32,000 nt of DNA from Longivirga aurantiaca (lineage in GTDB: Bacteria; Actinomycetota; Actinomycetes; S36-B12; CAIYMF01): positions 30,001 through 62,000 of the forward strand of contig NZ_JBHSTI010000008.1 in NCBI RefSeq assembly GCF_042660085.1, read 5' to 3'. The notes below the pieces were generated by a model that was not told the origin of the DNA, did no database searches, and saw nothing but the letters and a program-made list of their open reading frames with translations. Each line of letters opens with the position of its first letter. The stretch's first letter is position 1. Position numbers and translations under genes: made by a program. Shown here in pieces: positions 1 to 7,802 of the stretch.

Positions 1-179
1 CCTGGTACCTCGACAAGGTGCCGGGCGCCTACGCGCGTCTCGGAGTGCACGACCCGTCGTCCGGCGCTCCGCGGCTCGACCTGCACGCCGGCACCTTCGA
101 CGTCGACGAGCGTGCGATCGCGTACGGCACGCTCGTGCTGGCGCTCGCCGCCCTCGAGGCCCTCGCCGACCTCGGCTGA
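1..179 (+). CDS. 3' end of an M20-family amidohydrolase (N-acyl-amino-acid amidohydrolase-like), 5'-truncated by the window edge
   Basis: Frame 3 reads WYLDKVPGAYARLGVHDPSSGAPRLDLHAGTFDVDERAIAYGTLVLALAALEALADLG*. From memory this resembles the C-terminal YL.KVPG...LG...LH...FD.DE block of M20D amidohydrolases. GC3 is high and TGA lies at 177-179. Confidence 0.55.
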   Translation, partial: WYLDKVPGAYARLGVHDPSSGAPRLDLHAGTFDVDERAIAYGTLVLALAALEALADLG

Positions 180-184
180 CTCAG

Positions 185-240
185 ACCGATGTGGTAGTGG
201 GAAGTCGCGCTCTGGCGCGACTTCCCACTACCAAATCGGT
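185..240. repeat. Palindromic element copy A; probable bidirectional terminator or REP-like element between convergent genes
   Basis: ACCGAT-g-TGGTAGTGGGAAGTCGCGC (185-210), loop tctg (211-214), GCGCGACTTCCCACTACCA-a-ATCGGT (215-240). That is 25 paired positions with one mismatch (191/234). It has the same architecture and conserved ends as 25490-25541. Confidence 0.8.
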
Positions 241-253
241 GAAGGGCGCCGGG

Positions 254-1732
254 TCAGACGGCGGACCAGGTGTGGACGGGCTCGTTGGTGTGCATGCGCT
301 CGACGTAGGCAAGCGTCATGAGGCGCAGGGACTCCCAGCGGTCGTGGCCGCGGCTCTCGAACGTGCGGACGGCCTCGGTCTGCCACACCGAGCCGTTGCG
401 CTGCGTCACGCACCGGCCCTCGATGATGCCGAGCAGCCGTGCGCTGATGGCGGGGTCGACCTCCCAGGCGTCCAGGCCCTGCTGAGCGAGGGGCAGCAGG
501 CGGCGCAGCACGAGCTCGGTCGCAGGCACGTGCCCCATGCCCGGCCAGAACAGCGTGCTCTCGATGCCGTTGCGGGCGGCGGCGAAGAAGTTGTCCTCGG
601 CCGCACCGAAGCTCATCTGCGACCAGACCGGCCGATCCATCTCGGCGAGCGCGCGCAGGGTGCCGAAGTAGAAGGCGCCGTTGGCGAGGATGTCGACGAC
701 GGTCGGGCCCGCCGGAAGCACGCGGTTCTCGACGCGCAGGTGCGGGCGCCCGTCGACCACGTCGTACACCGGGCGGTTCCAGCGCCACACCGTGCCGTTG
801 TGCAGGCGCAGCTCGGGCAGCGCGGGCGTGCCGCCCGAGTCGAGCACGGCCACCGGGTCCTCGTCGTCGAGCACGGGCAGCAGCGGCGGGAAGTACGTGA
901 GGTTCTCCTCGAAGAGGTCGAAGACGCTCGTGATCCAGCGCTCGCCGAACCACACGCGCGGCCGCACGCCCTGCGCCTTCAGCTCCGCCGGCCTGGTGTC
1001 GGTGGCCTCGGCGAAGAGGCTGATGCGCGTCTCGCGCCAGAGCTCGCGCCCGAGGAAGTACGGCGAGTTCGCTCCCATCGCCACCTGCGCGGCGGCGAGG
1101 CACTGCGCGGCGTTCCAGTTCTGGGCGAACTCGTCCGGGCTCACCTGCAGGTGGAACTGCACGCTGGTGCACGCGGCCTCGGGCGCGATGGAGTCGGCGT
1201 ACGTCTCGAGGCTCTCCGGGTCGCCGTCGATGGAGATGTGGAGGTCCTCGCCGCGGGCCAGCAGCATCTGCTGGTCGAGCAGCGCGTAGCGCGGGTTGGT
1301 GCTGATCGCCTCGTGCGTCAGGAGCTCCGGCGACAGCGTGGGAAGGATGCCGATCATCACCATCCCGGCGTCGGCCTCGTGCGCATGCTCGTTCGCGGCG
1401 TTGAGCTGGGTGCGGAGGTGCTCCTCGTAGGCCGCCGCTCCGTCGCCGGAGAGCGACGCCGGCGGCACGTTGATCTCGAGGTTGAAGCGGCCGAGCTCCT
1501 GCACGAACGCCGGGTCGTCGATGCGTGCGAGCACCTCGGCGTTGCGCAGCGCCGGCTGACCCTGGCTGTCGACCAGGTTGAGCTCGACCTCCATGCCTGT
1601 CAGCGGGGTCTCGAAGTCGAAGCGCGACTCCTCCAGCATGCGCGCGAAGACGTCGAGGCAGCGGTGCACCTTGTCGCGGTAGCGCTGCCGGTCCTCGCGC
1701 GTGAAGGTCCGGCTACCGAGCTGCTCACCCAT
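254..1732 (-). CDS. Glutamate-cysteine ligase family 2 (GCS2) / carboxylate-amine ligase family protein
   Basis: 492-aa ORF with strong GC3 bias. The N-terminal block RYRDKVHRCLDVFARML...TGMEVELNLVD and the overall length are recognised from memory as the long actinobacterial GCS2-type ligase. The overlapping 691-aa plus-strand ORF is an Arg/Ala-rich antisense artefact. Confidence 0.8.
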   Translation of the reverse strand: MGEQLGSRTFTREDRQRYRDKVHRCLDVFARMLEESRFDFETPLTGMEVELNLVDSQGQPALRNAEVLARIDDPAFVQELGRFNLEINVPPASLSGDGAAAYEEHLRTQLNAANEHAHEADAGMVMIGILPTLSPELLTHEAISTNPRYALLDQQMLLARGEDLHISIDGDPESLETYADSIAPEAACTSVQFHLQVSPDEFAQNWNAAQCLAAAQVAMGANSPYFLGRELWRETRISLFAEATDTRPAELKAQGVRPRVWFGERWITSVFDLFEENLTYFPPLLPVLDDEDPVAVLDSGGTPALPELRLHNGTVWRWNRPVYDVVDGRPHLRVENRVLPAGPTVVDILANGAFYFGTLRALAEMDRPVWSQMSFGAAEDNFFAAARNGIESTLFWPGMGHVPATELVLRRLLPLAQQGLDAWEVDPAISARLLGIIEGRCVTQRNGSVWQTEAVRTFESRGHDRWESLRLMTLAYVERMHTNEPVHTWSAV

Positions 1733-1789
1733 GGGCGAAGCCTGCCCCGCTCGGGTGCGGCTGCGCGGGCGAACGCGACGATCTGTCGG

Positions 1790-2107
1790 TCAGGCGCCGG
1801 TCTCCGACAGTCCGCGAAGGATCGCACCGACGTTCGCCGGCCCGTGCACCTCGACCCCGCGCACGTCGTTCTGCTCGCACGCGGCGAGCAGGGCGTCGCG
1901 CGGTTCGGGCTCGACGCCGCCGCCTATGAGCAGCGCACTGATCTGCTGCTGCTGCACCCAGAGCAGCGCCTCGTGGTCGTCGAGAGTGCCGCGGGCGTCG
2001 TGCCCGGCCTCGTCGGCGAGCGCGAGCGCGCCCCTCATGATCTCCGCGTGGCGACCCACGATGCCGATTCTCATGTCTCGGACGGTAGCCGTGCCCCCGA
2101 GCGGCAC
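1790..2107 (-). CDS. Small hypothetical protein (94-105 aa), function unknown
   Basis: The ORF has high GC3 and runs co-directionally 57 nt upstream of the GCS2 gene. The start is either GTG 2107 or ATG 2074 (MRIGIVG...). I recognise no motif. Confidence 0.5.
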   Translation of the reverse strand: MPLGGTATVRDMRIGIVGRHAEIMRGALALADEAGHDARGTLDDHEALLWVQQQQISALLIGGGVEPEPRDALLAACEQNDVRGVEVHGPANVGAILRGLSETGA

Positions 2108-2183
2108 GCCCGCCGTCGGGCGTACGCCACATCCCGCAGCCCTGTCTCGTCGATCACATCGCGTCCCTCATGGTGGAAACGGC

Positions 2184-2199
2184 ATACCCCCAGGGGCAT
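2184..2199. promoter_or_regulatory. Candidate CsoR/CstR-type operator (C-tract/G-tract pseudo-palindrome)
   Basis: ATACCCCCAGGGGCAT has 6 of 8 palindromic pairs. It lies in the divergent intergenic region about 100 nt upstream of the SQR-like gene. It resembles the TACCCC-N-GGGGTA sites of CsoR/RcnR-family repressors as I recall them. Confidence 0.3.
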
Positions 2200-2301
2200 A
2201 GTGGGAGTCGTAGGAGCCGACCGGCCTCACCGCCGGATCGAGACAGCCAGGGCATCCGGCCCTTGACCGCCACGACCCGTGCGCAGGCCAAGGAGATCGC
2301 G

Positions 2302-3543
2302 ATGAAGCACCTGCTCATCCTCGGCGGAGGAACCGCCGGCACCATCACGGCCAACAAGCTGCGCAAGAAGCTGTCGAAGGCCGAGTGGGACATCACCGTC
2401 GTCGACCGCGACGACAAGCACGACTACCAGCCCGGCTACCTGTTCATCCCGTTCGGGATCTACCAGCCGGACGAGGTCACCAAGTCGCGCCGCAAGTACC
2501 TCTCGGACGACATCCCCCTGATCTACGCGGAGATCGACCGTGTGGACGCCGAGGCCAAGACCGTGAGCCTCGTGGACGGACGGGTGCTGCCGTACGACCA
2601 GCTCGTGATCGCCACCGGCGTGACGCCGCGACCGGACCAGACCCCGGGCATGGACGACGAGGGCTCCTGGTACGACAGCGTCTTCGACTTCTACACCCAC
2701 GCGGGCACCACTGCGCTGGCCGAGAAGCTGAAGACGTGGGAGGGCGGCCGTCTGGTCGTCAACATCGTCGAGATGCCGATCAAGTGCCCGGTCGCGCCGC
2801 TGGAGTTCACGTTCCTCGCCGACGCGTTCTTCGTCGAGAAGGGCATGCGCGACAAGGTCGAGATCGTCTACGTGACGCCGCTCGACGCCGCGTTCACCAA
2901 GCCGATCGCGGCGAAGGCGTTCGGCACGATGCTCGAGGACAAGGGCGTGCGGCTCGAGCCGGAGTTCATGCTCGAGCGCGTCGACACCGAGGCGAAGACC
3001 CTCGTGTCGTACGACGAGCGCGAGGTGCCCTACGACCTGCTCGTGACCATCCCGCTCAACATGGGCGCGGACTTCATCGCGCGGTCCGGTCTCGGCAACG
3101 AGCTGAACCTCGTTCCCGTCGACAAGCAGACGCTGCTGTCGAAGAAGTTCGACTCGATCTTCGTGCTCGGCGACGCGAACGACATCCCGGCGTCCAAGGC
3201 CGGATCGGTCGCGCACTTCGAGATCGAGGGCTTCGTCGAGAACTTCATGGAGCACATCGCCGGCCGCAGCATGACCCACAAGTTCGACGGCCACGCCAAC
3301 TGCTTCATCGAGACCGGCCACGGCAAGGCCATGCTCATCGACTTCAACTACGACACCGAGCCGATGCCGGGCAAGTTCCCGGTGCCGGGTGTCGGCCCGA
3401 TGAGCCTGCTCAAGGAGACCAAGGCCAACCACCTCGGGAAGCTCGGCTTCCGCTGGGCCTACTGGAACGTCCTCATGCCCGGTCGTCCGATGCCGATCTC
3501 GGCCGACCTGCAGATGGCCGGCAAGAAGGTGCCCGTCGCCTGA
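2302..3543 (+). CDS. FAD-dependent pyridine nucleotide-disulfide oxidoreductase, sulfide:quinone oxidoreductase (SQR)-like
   Basis: 413 aa from ATG 2302, preceded by AAGGAG (2290-2295). It carries the N-terminal dinucleotide fold ILGGGTAGT. The cysteine motifs IKCPVAPLE and ANCFIETG match the redox-cysteine positions of SQR-type flavoproteins. The part of the ORF upstream of 2302 is not coding. Confidence 0.85.
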   Translation: MKHLLILGGGTAGTITANKLRKKLSKAEWDITVVDRDDKHDYQPGYLFIPFGIYQPDEVTKSRRKYLSDDIPLIYAEIDRVDAEAKTVSLVDGRVLPYDQLVIATGVTPRPDQTPGMDDEGSWYDSVFDFYTHAGTTALAEKLKTWEGGRLVVNIVEMPIKCPVAPLEFTFLADAFFVEKGMRDKVEIVYVTPLDAAFTKPIAAKAFGTMLEDKGVRLEPEFMLERVDTEAKTLVSYDEREVPYDLLVTIPLNMGADFIARSGLGNELNLVPVDKQTLLSKKFDSIFVLGDANDIPASKAGSVAHFEIEGFVENFMEHIAGRSMTHKFDGHANCFIETGHGKAMLIDFNYDTEPMPGKFPVPGVGPMSLLKETKANHLGKLGFRWAYWNVLMPGRPMPISADLQMAGKKVPVA

Positions 3544-3596
3544 CCGGCGCACCGGCCGACCACAACCCCGCACACCACCGACCTGAGGAGCTAGAG

Positions 3597-3914
3597 ATGC
3601 CAGTCACGACCATCGAGGGCCACGAGATCCACGTCGACGACGAGGGCTTCATGACCGTCTACGACGAGTGGGACGAGGCCCTGGGCGCCGCCCTCGCCGG
3701 CGCCATCGGCGTCGAGATGAGCGACGACGCATGGAACGCGATCCGCTTCATGCGCAAGGACTTCAAGGAGCAGGACGACGTCACACCGACGCTGCGCCGC
3801 GTCTCCACCGCGGGCGGCTTCGAGACCAAGAGGCTCTTCGAGCTCTTCCCCAAGAAGCCGGCCAAGAAGATGGCGTACATCGCCGGCCTGCCCAAGCCCA
3901 AGGGCTGCGTCTGA
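3597..3914 (+). CDS. TusE/DsrC/DsvC-family sulfur relay protein (single C-terminal Cys, TusE-like)
   Basis: 105 aa from ATG 3597, with GAGGAG at 3585-3590. The C-terminus ...AGLPKPKGCV has the penultimate Cys typical of the DsrC/TusE family, and there is no second Cys 10-11 residues upstream. Confidence 0.85.
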   Translation: MPVTTIEGHEIHVDDEGFMTVYDEWDEALGAALAGAIGVEMSDDAWNAIRFMRKDFKEQDDVTPTLRRVSTAGGFETKRLFELFPKKPAKKMAYIAGLPKPKGCV

Positions 3915-3963
3915 CCGCCAGGTCACACCCCACCATCGACAACCACCAAGGACGTGACCTGAC

Positions 3964-4500
3964 ATGACCAGCACCTCTGAAGCGATCATCCCGAAGTTCG
4001 ACGACGACGACAGCGAGGGCGGCGGCCGCAAGCTCGCCATCATCTGCTCCAAGGGCAACCTCGACATGGCCTACCCCGGGCTCATCCTGGGCAACGCGGC
4101 GCTCGGCGAGGGCGTGGAGCTGCACCTGTTCTTCACGTTCTGGGGCTTCGACATGATCATCAAGAGCCGCATGAACGACCTGAAGTTCAGCCCCAGCGGC
4201 AACACCGCGATGCACATGCCGATCGGCGACGTCCGCATCCCGCAGGCGCTCGCGCCGATGCCGGGCATGCAGCCGATGGCGACCCACATGCTCAAGAAGC
4301 AGATCGCCGACCTCGGCGTGCCCGAGGTGCCCGACTTCCTCGAGCACATCGTCGCGAGCGGCGGCCACCTGTGGGCGTGCCGCATGAGCGCCGACATGAA
4401 CCACGTGACGATGGACGACCTCTACGAGGGCGTCGAGGGCATCATCAACGCCTCCGACTTCATCGAGATCACCGAGGGTGCGCAGCTGCTGTTCATCTAG
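3964..4500 (+). CDS. DsrE/DsrF/DrsH-like (DsrE2-type) sulfur-transfer protein
   Basis: 178 aa. The blocks KLAIICSKGNLDMAYPGLILGNAA, LFFTFWGF and HLWACRMSADM (conserved Cys) are typical of the DrsE_2 family. Confidence 0.8.
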   Translation: MTSTSEAIIPKFDDDDSEGGGRKLAIICSKGNLDMAYPGLILGNAALGEGVELHLFFTFWGFDMIIKSRMNDLKFSPSGNTAMHMPIGDVRIPQALAPMPGMQPMATHMLKKQIADLGVPEVPDFLEHIVASGGHLWACRMSADMNHVTMDDLYEGVEGIINASDFIEITEGAQLLFI

Positions 4501-4582
4501 GTCCCGAGGCCCGCGGCGTGCGGGCGTCGGCTCCTACAGGCTGTCTGCCCCGTGCAGTGATCGTCCGTGCGCCGCGGAACAC

Positions 4583-4611
4583 GTGAGCCCGCCCCGCGAG
4601 GGCGGGCTCAC
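4583..4611. terminator. GC-rich hairpin between convergent genes (bidirectional terminator candidate)
   Basis: GTGAGCCCGCCC (4583-4594), loop cgcga, GGGCGGGCTCAC (4600-4611). This is a perfect 12-bp stem with no clear U-tract. Confidence 0.6.
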
Positions 4612-4636
4612 CCGTTCCCGGGCTCGGCGCGCGTCG

Positions 4637-5431
4637 TCAGAGCTCGTCCCACGGGAGCGCCGCGTAGAGGTCGACCAGGAACGACGACGCGTCGGGGTCG
4701 GCGAGCGCGTGGGTGCCGATGCGGCCGACGGGTGCGACGCCCAGCGAGTTCGCCAGGAACGCAGCTTCGAACGTGCGCTTGTCGTCCTGCCGGATGCGCT
4801 CGACCGTCGAGGGCTTCCCCGCGGCGGCCAGCGCTCGGTCGAGCAGCTGCCAGGTGATCCCGAGCAGCGCGGGGCCGCTCGGCCACACGACGCGGCCCGC
4901 GCGCAGGAAGCCGATGTTGGCGACGGTGGTCTCGGCCAGCTGCCCGTCGGGGGCGATGAGCAGCGCGTCGTCGAACCCCTTCCGGATGGCGGCGTCGCCG
5001 TGCACCGACTGGCCGTACGACCCCGTGTGCTTCACCTCGGCCCGGGCCCGCACGTACGCCGTCGGCGTCACCGACTGCGGTGCCGTCGGCGCCTCGAGCG
5101 GCGGGCGGACGACCGTGACCACGCGCGGGACCCCGGCGACGGGCTCGTCGACGGTCACCCGCAGGTACGCGTCCGGGTGCCCGCCCACCGCCTGGGCCAT
5201 GAGGGAGCGCACGGCGTCGGTGTCGAGCACCGTCCCGAAGAGCTGGGAGTGCGCCTTCTCGAGGCGCGCGAGGTGCAGGTCGAGGCCGCGGACCGCGCCC
5301 CCGCGCACCTGGACGGAGGTGAGGTGCCCGCGCGGCAGCATTCCCGGCCTGCCGACGTCCGACACCGACCCGGCACGTCCATCGACCTCGACACGGAGGG
5401 GCTCGCCGGCTGCGGCGACGGTTGTGCGCAT
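4637..5431 (-). CDS. Aminotransferase class IV family protein (branched-chain/D-amino-acid aminotransferase or ADC-lyase-like)
   Basis: 264 aa. The GLDLHLARL, EVKHTG and FLANSLGVAPV blocks resemble the class-IV PLP fold. It sits 30 nt downstream of the TetR gene on the same strand. Confidence 0.75.
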   Translation of the reverse strand: MRTTVAAAGEPLRVEVDGRAGSVSDVGRPGMLPRGHLTSVQVRGGAVRGLDLHLARLEKAHSQLFGTVLDTDAVRSLMAQAVGGHPDAYLRVTVDEPVAGVPRVVTVVRPPLEAPTAPQSVTPTAYVRARAEVKHTGSYGQSVHGDAAIRKGFDDALLIAPDGQLAETTVANIGFLRAGRVVWPSGPALLGITWQLLDRALAAAGKPSTVERIRQDDKRTFEAAFLANSLGVAPVGRIGTHALADPDASSFLVDLYAALPWDEL

Positions 5432-5461
5432 GCGGCCATCGTGGCACCTGCACCGGTCGGC

Positions 5462-6037
5462 TCAGACCGAAGTGGTCAGCATCCGCGCGCCGAGCGCGGC
5501 GATGTCGTCCGCGCTGCGGTCCGTCGGGCCCGACGGCTGCATGACGTGACCGAGCACGGTCCGAACGAGCATGTCGACCGCTGCGTCCCTGGCTCGTCCG
5601 GCGACGACGACGTCGTAGGAGGCGATCCGCTGGTGGAGCACGGCCTTCGAGGACTCGAGGAGCGCCCCTGCATCGGTGGTGAGCGGGGGGAGGAGATCGC
5701 CGCCTCCGGGCGAGACGACCTCGCGCAGCAGGTCGTTGCCGGCCGCCTCGCGCAGGACTCCGCGGATCGCGGCCCGCAGGGCGGCGGCGAGGTCGTCCGG
5801 GTGGGCGCCGAACCCGATGTCGACGAGGGCGAGGAAGCGCTCCAGCTCGGTGAGCACCATCGCCTCGGCCAGTGCGGCCTTGCTGCCGACCTCGTTGTAG
5901 ACCGTCTGCCGGCTCACGCCGGCATCCTCGGCCAGGCGGCTCATCGTGACGGCGGCCCAGCCCTCGGCGCAGGTGAGCGCGACGGCCGCGGACACGATGC
6001 GCTGCCTGGTGCTCGTGGCTGCGTCGGCCCGGGTCAC
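5462..6037 (-). CDS. TetR-family transcriptional regulator (AlkU/AlkX-like position downstream of alkB)
   Basis: 191 aa from GTG 6037. The HTH is WAAVTMSRLAEDAGVSRQTVYNEVGSK. The start overlaps the alkB-rubredoxin stop in GTGA (6034-6037). The upstream remainder of ORF 5462..7384 is out-of-frame read-through of alkB. Confidence 0.85.
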   Translation of the reverse strand: MTRADAATSTRQRIVSAAVALTCAEGWAAVTMSRLAEDAGVSRQTVYNEVGSKAALAEAMVLTELERFLALVDIGFGAHPDDLAAALRAAIRGVLREAAGNDLLREVVSPGGGDLLPPLTTDAGALLESSKAVLHQRIASYDVVVAGRARDAAVDMLVRTVLGHVMQPSGPTDRSADDIAALGARMLTTSV

Positions 6038-7461
6038 GAGCCGACCACGGGGACGACGACGAAGTCGACCTTGTCGCGCACTCCGCAGTCCGGGCAGCAC
6101 CACGTGTCGGGCACGTCGGTCCACGGTGTCCCTGCGGCGAAGCCCTCGCGCTCGTCGCCGGTGACCTCGTCGTACTCGTAGCCGCAGCCGGGGCACCGGT
6201 GCACGCGTCCGGCCGTGGCGACCTCGAGCAGCGGTGCTGGCGTGGCCTCCGCAGCGCTGCGGGCGCCGACGGCGGCGCCGGCACTGCCGTCGGCGTACGA
6301 CGCCCTGCGCCTCGGCGCGATGTTGACCCGCGACAGGTCGCCGTCGACGTGCCGGAGGACGCGCGGGTCCATGACGCGCCGCCACGCCGGCGGGACGAGC
6401 GCGAGCAGGATCATCCCCGCGTAGCCGGTGGGGAGCACCGGCGACTCCTGGTAGTCGCGCAGCGACTGGTAGCGCCGGGTGGGGTTCGCGTGGTGGTCGC
6501 TGTGCCGCTGCAGGTGGTAGAGCAGCACGTTCGTGGCGATGTTGTTGGAGTTCCAGCTGTGGCTCGGGTCCACCCGCTCGTAGCGCTCGTGCCCGGGTGC
6601 GCCGACCCGCTGACGGAGCATGCCGTAGTGCTCGAGGTAGTTCACGGCCTCGAGCAGGGTCAGGGCCATGACCGCCTGCACCGCGAGGTAGGGCAGGATC
6701 CCGACGCCGAGCCACACCACCATGGCGGCCCACAGCACCGTGGACATGAGCCACGCGTTGAGCACGTCGTTCCCGATCCGCCACGGGCCCTGCTGCCGCC
6801 GGGCGTAGCGACGGCGCTCGAGCCGCCACGCCGAACGGGCGGACCCCACCACCGTCCGCGGCCAGAAGCCGTAGAACGACTCGCCCAGCCGGCTGCTCGC
6901 GGGGTCCTCGGGCGTCGCGACGCGGACGTGGTGGCCGCGGTTGTGCTCGATGTAGAAGTGGCCGTAGCAGCTCTGGGCGAGGGCGATCTTCGCGAGCCAG
7001 CGCTCGTGGCTCTCCTTCTTGTGCCCGAGCTCGTGCGCGGTGTTGATGCCCAGCCCGCCGATGAACCCGACGGTGATCGCGAGACCGATCCGCTCGGCCA
7101 CGGTCAGTCCCGCCGTGGCGAGGTACCAGAACGCGAACGCGAACCCGGCGTACTGCAACGGCAGGAACAGGAAGGTGATCCCGCGGTAGTAGCGGTCGCG
7201 CTCGAGCGCGGCGATGAGGGAGTCGGGCGGGTTCGAGCGGTCGAGGCCGGTCGCGAGATCGATGAGCGGAACGAGGCCGAGGATCACCAGGGGCCCGAGC
7301 CACAGCCACACCGCAGCGCCCGTGCGGTCGTGCAGCGCGACGGCGGCGAACGGCAGCAGGGGCATGAGGAGCGCGACAAGCCACAGATGGCGCTTGCGGT
7401 CACGCCACTGCTCGGTCGACCCCGCGGGGACGGTGCCGGCGGGCTCGTACGTGGAGTCCAT
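6034..7461 (-). CDS. alkB: Alkane 1-monooxygenase fused to a C-terminal rubredoxin domain
   Basis: 475 aa from ATG 7461, with GAGGAG 5 nt upstream. It has the His boxes HELGHK, EHNRGHH and LQRHSDHH plus NYLEHYG. The C-terminal CPGCGYEY...WCCPDCG supplies the rubredoxin CxxC pairs. Confidence 0.92.
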   Translation of the reverse strand: MDSTYEPAGTVPAGSTEQWRDRKRHLWLVALLMPLLPFAAVALHDRTGAAVWLWLGPLVILGLVPLIDLATGLDRSNPPDSLIAALERDRYYRGITFLFLPLQYAGFAFAFWYLATAGLTVAERIGLAITVGFIGGLGINTAHELGHKKESHERWLAKIALAQSCYGHFYIEHNRGHHVRVATPEDPASSRLGESFYGFWPRTVVGSARSAWRLERRRYARRQQGPWRIGNDVLNAWLMSTVLWAAMVVWLGVGILPYLAVQAVMALTLLEAVNYLEHYGMLRQRVGAPGHERYERVDPSHSWNSNNIATNVLLYHLQRHSDHHANPTRRYQSLRDYQESPVLPTGYAGMILLALVPPAWRRVMDPRVLRHVDGDLSRVNIAPRRRASYADGSAGAAVGARSAAEATPAPLLEVATAGRVHRCPGCGYEYDEVTGDEREGFAAGTPWTDVPDTWCCPDCGVRDKVDFVVVPVVGS

Positions 7462-7478
7462 CGCTGCTCCTCGCGGCT

Positions 7479-7507
7479 GGTTTACAGAACATAGACATCT
7501 GTAAACC
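7479..7507. promoter_or_regulatory. Perfect 10-bp-arm inverted repeat; probable TetR operator of alkB
   Basis: GGTTTACAGA (7479-7488), 9-nt spacer, TCTGTAAACC (7498-7507). It is an AT-rich island in GC-rich DNA and overlaps the predicted -10 box and spacer of the alkB promoter. Confidence 0.55.
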
Positions 7508-7516
7508 TCCTGGCAA
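7488..7516 (-). promoter_or_regulatory. Sigma-70-like promoter of alkB
   Basis: On the minus strand: TTGCCA (7516-7511), 17-nt spacer, TATGTT (7493-7488). The -10 box ends 26 nt upstream of the ATG at 7461. Confidence 0.5.
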
Positions 7517-7570
7517 GACCCCGAGTCGCTCGATCCTTCATCGCCCCGGCCGCAGACGTAGCGTGGAGCC

Positions 7571-7798
7571 ATGAGGAAGAAGTCCTGGTCGGAGCTCTCC
7601 GACGCGCAGAAGACGGCGATCCTCGTGGTCGGGTCGACAGAGCTGGCCCTCACCGCGACAGCCCTGGTGGACCTCGCCCGACGCCCCGCCGAGCAGGTGC
7701 GCGGCCGCAAGGCGCTGTGGGTGCTGGGCATCCTCGTGCAGCCGTTCGGCCCCGTGGTCTACCTGGCCTGGGGCGCGCACAGGCCCGCCACGGCCTGA
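7571..7798 (+). CDS. Small PLDc_N-domain membrane protein
   Basis: 75 aa with two hydrophobic segments. The LWVLGILVQPFGPVVYL block is typical of PLD-nuclease N-terminal-domain small proteins. Confidence 0.6.
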   Translation: MRKKSWSELSDAQKTAILVVGSTELALTATALVDLARRPAEQVRGRKALWVLGILVQPFGPVVYLAWGAHRPATA

Positions 7799-7802
7799 CA
7801 CG

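Noticed and set aside
1943-1954. Short CTG/CAG tandem repeats at 1943-1954 and 27381-27392.
   Set aside because: These are four-unit repeats that simply encode short poly-Gln runs within ORFs. They are too short to call as microsatellites or contingency loci.
191-2266. Very long ORFs antisense to, or out of frame with, recognisable genes. Examples: 191..2266 (+), 4478..6181 (+), 4608..6284 (-), 7759..9396 (-), 14601..17336 (-, 911 aa), 22944..24527 (-), 27349..29163 (-), 29738..31828 (+).
   Set aside because: Their translations are Arg/Ala/Pro/Gly-rich low-complexity strings with no motifs. Each is fully shadowed by a gene with clear family signatures and proper GC3 bias. Stop-poor alternative frames are expected at this GC content.
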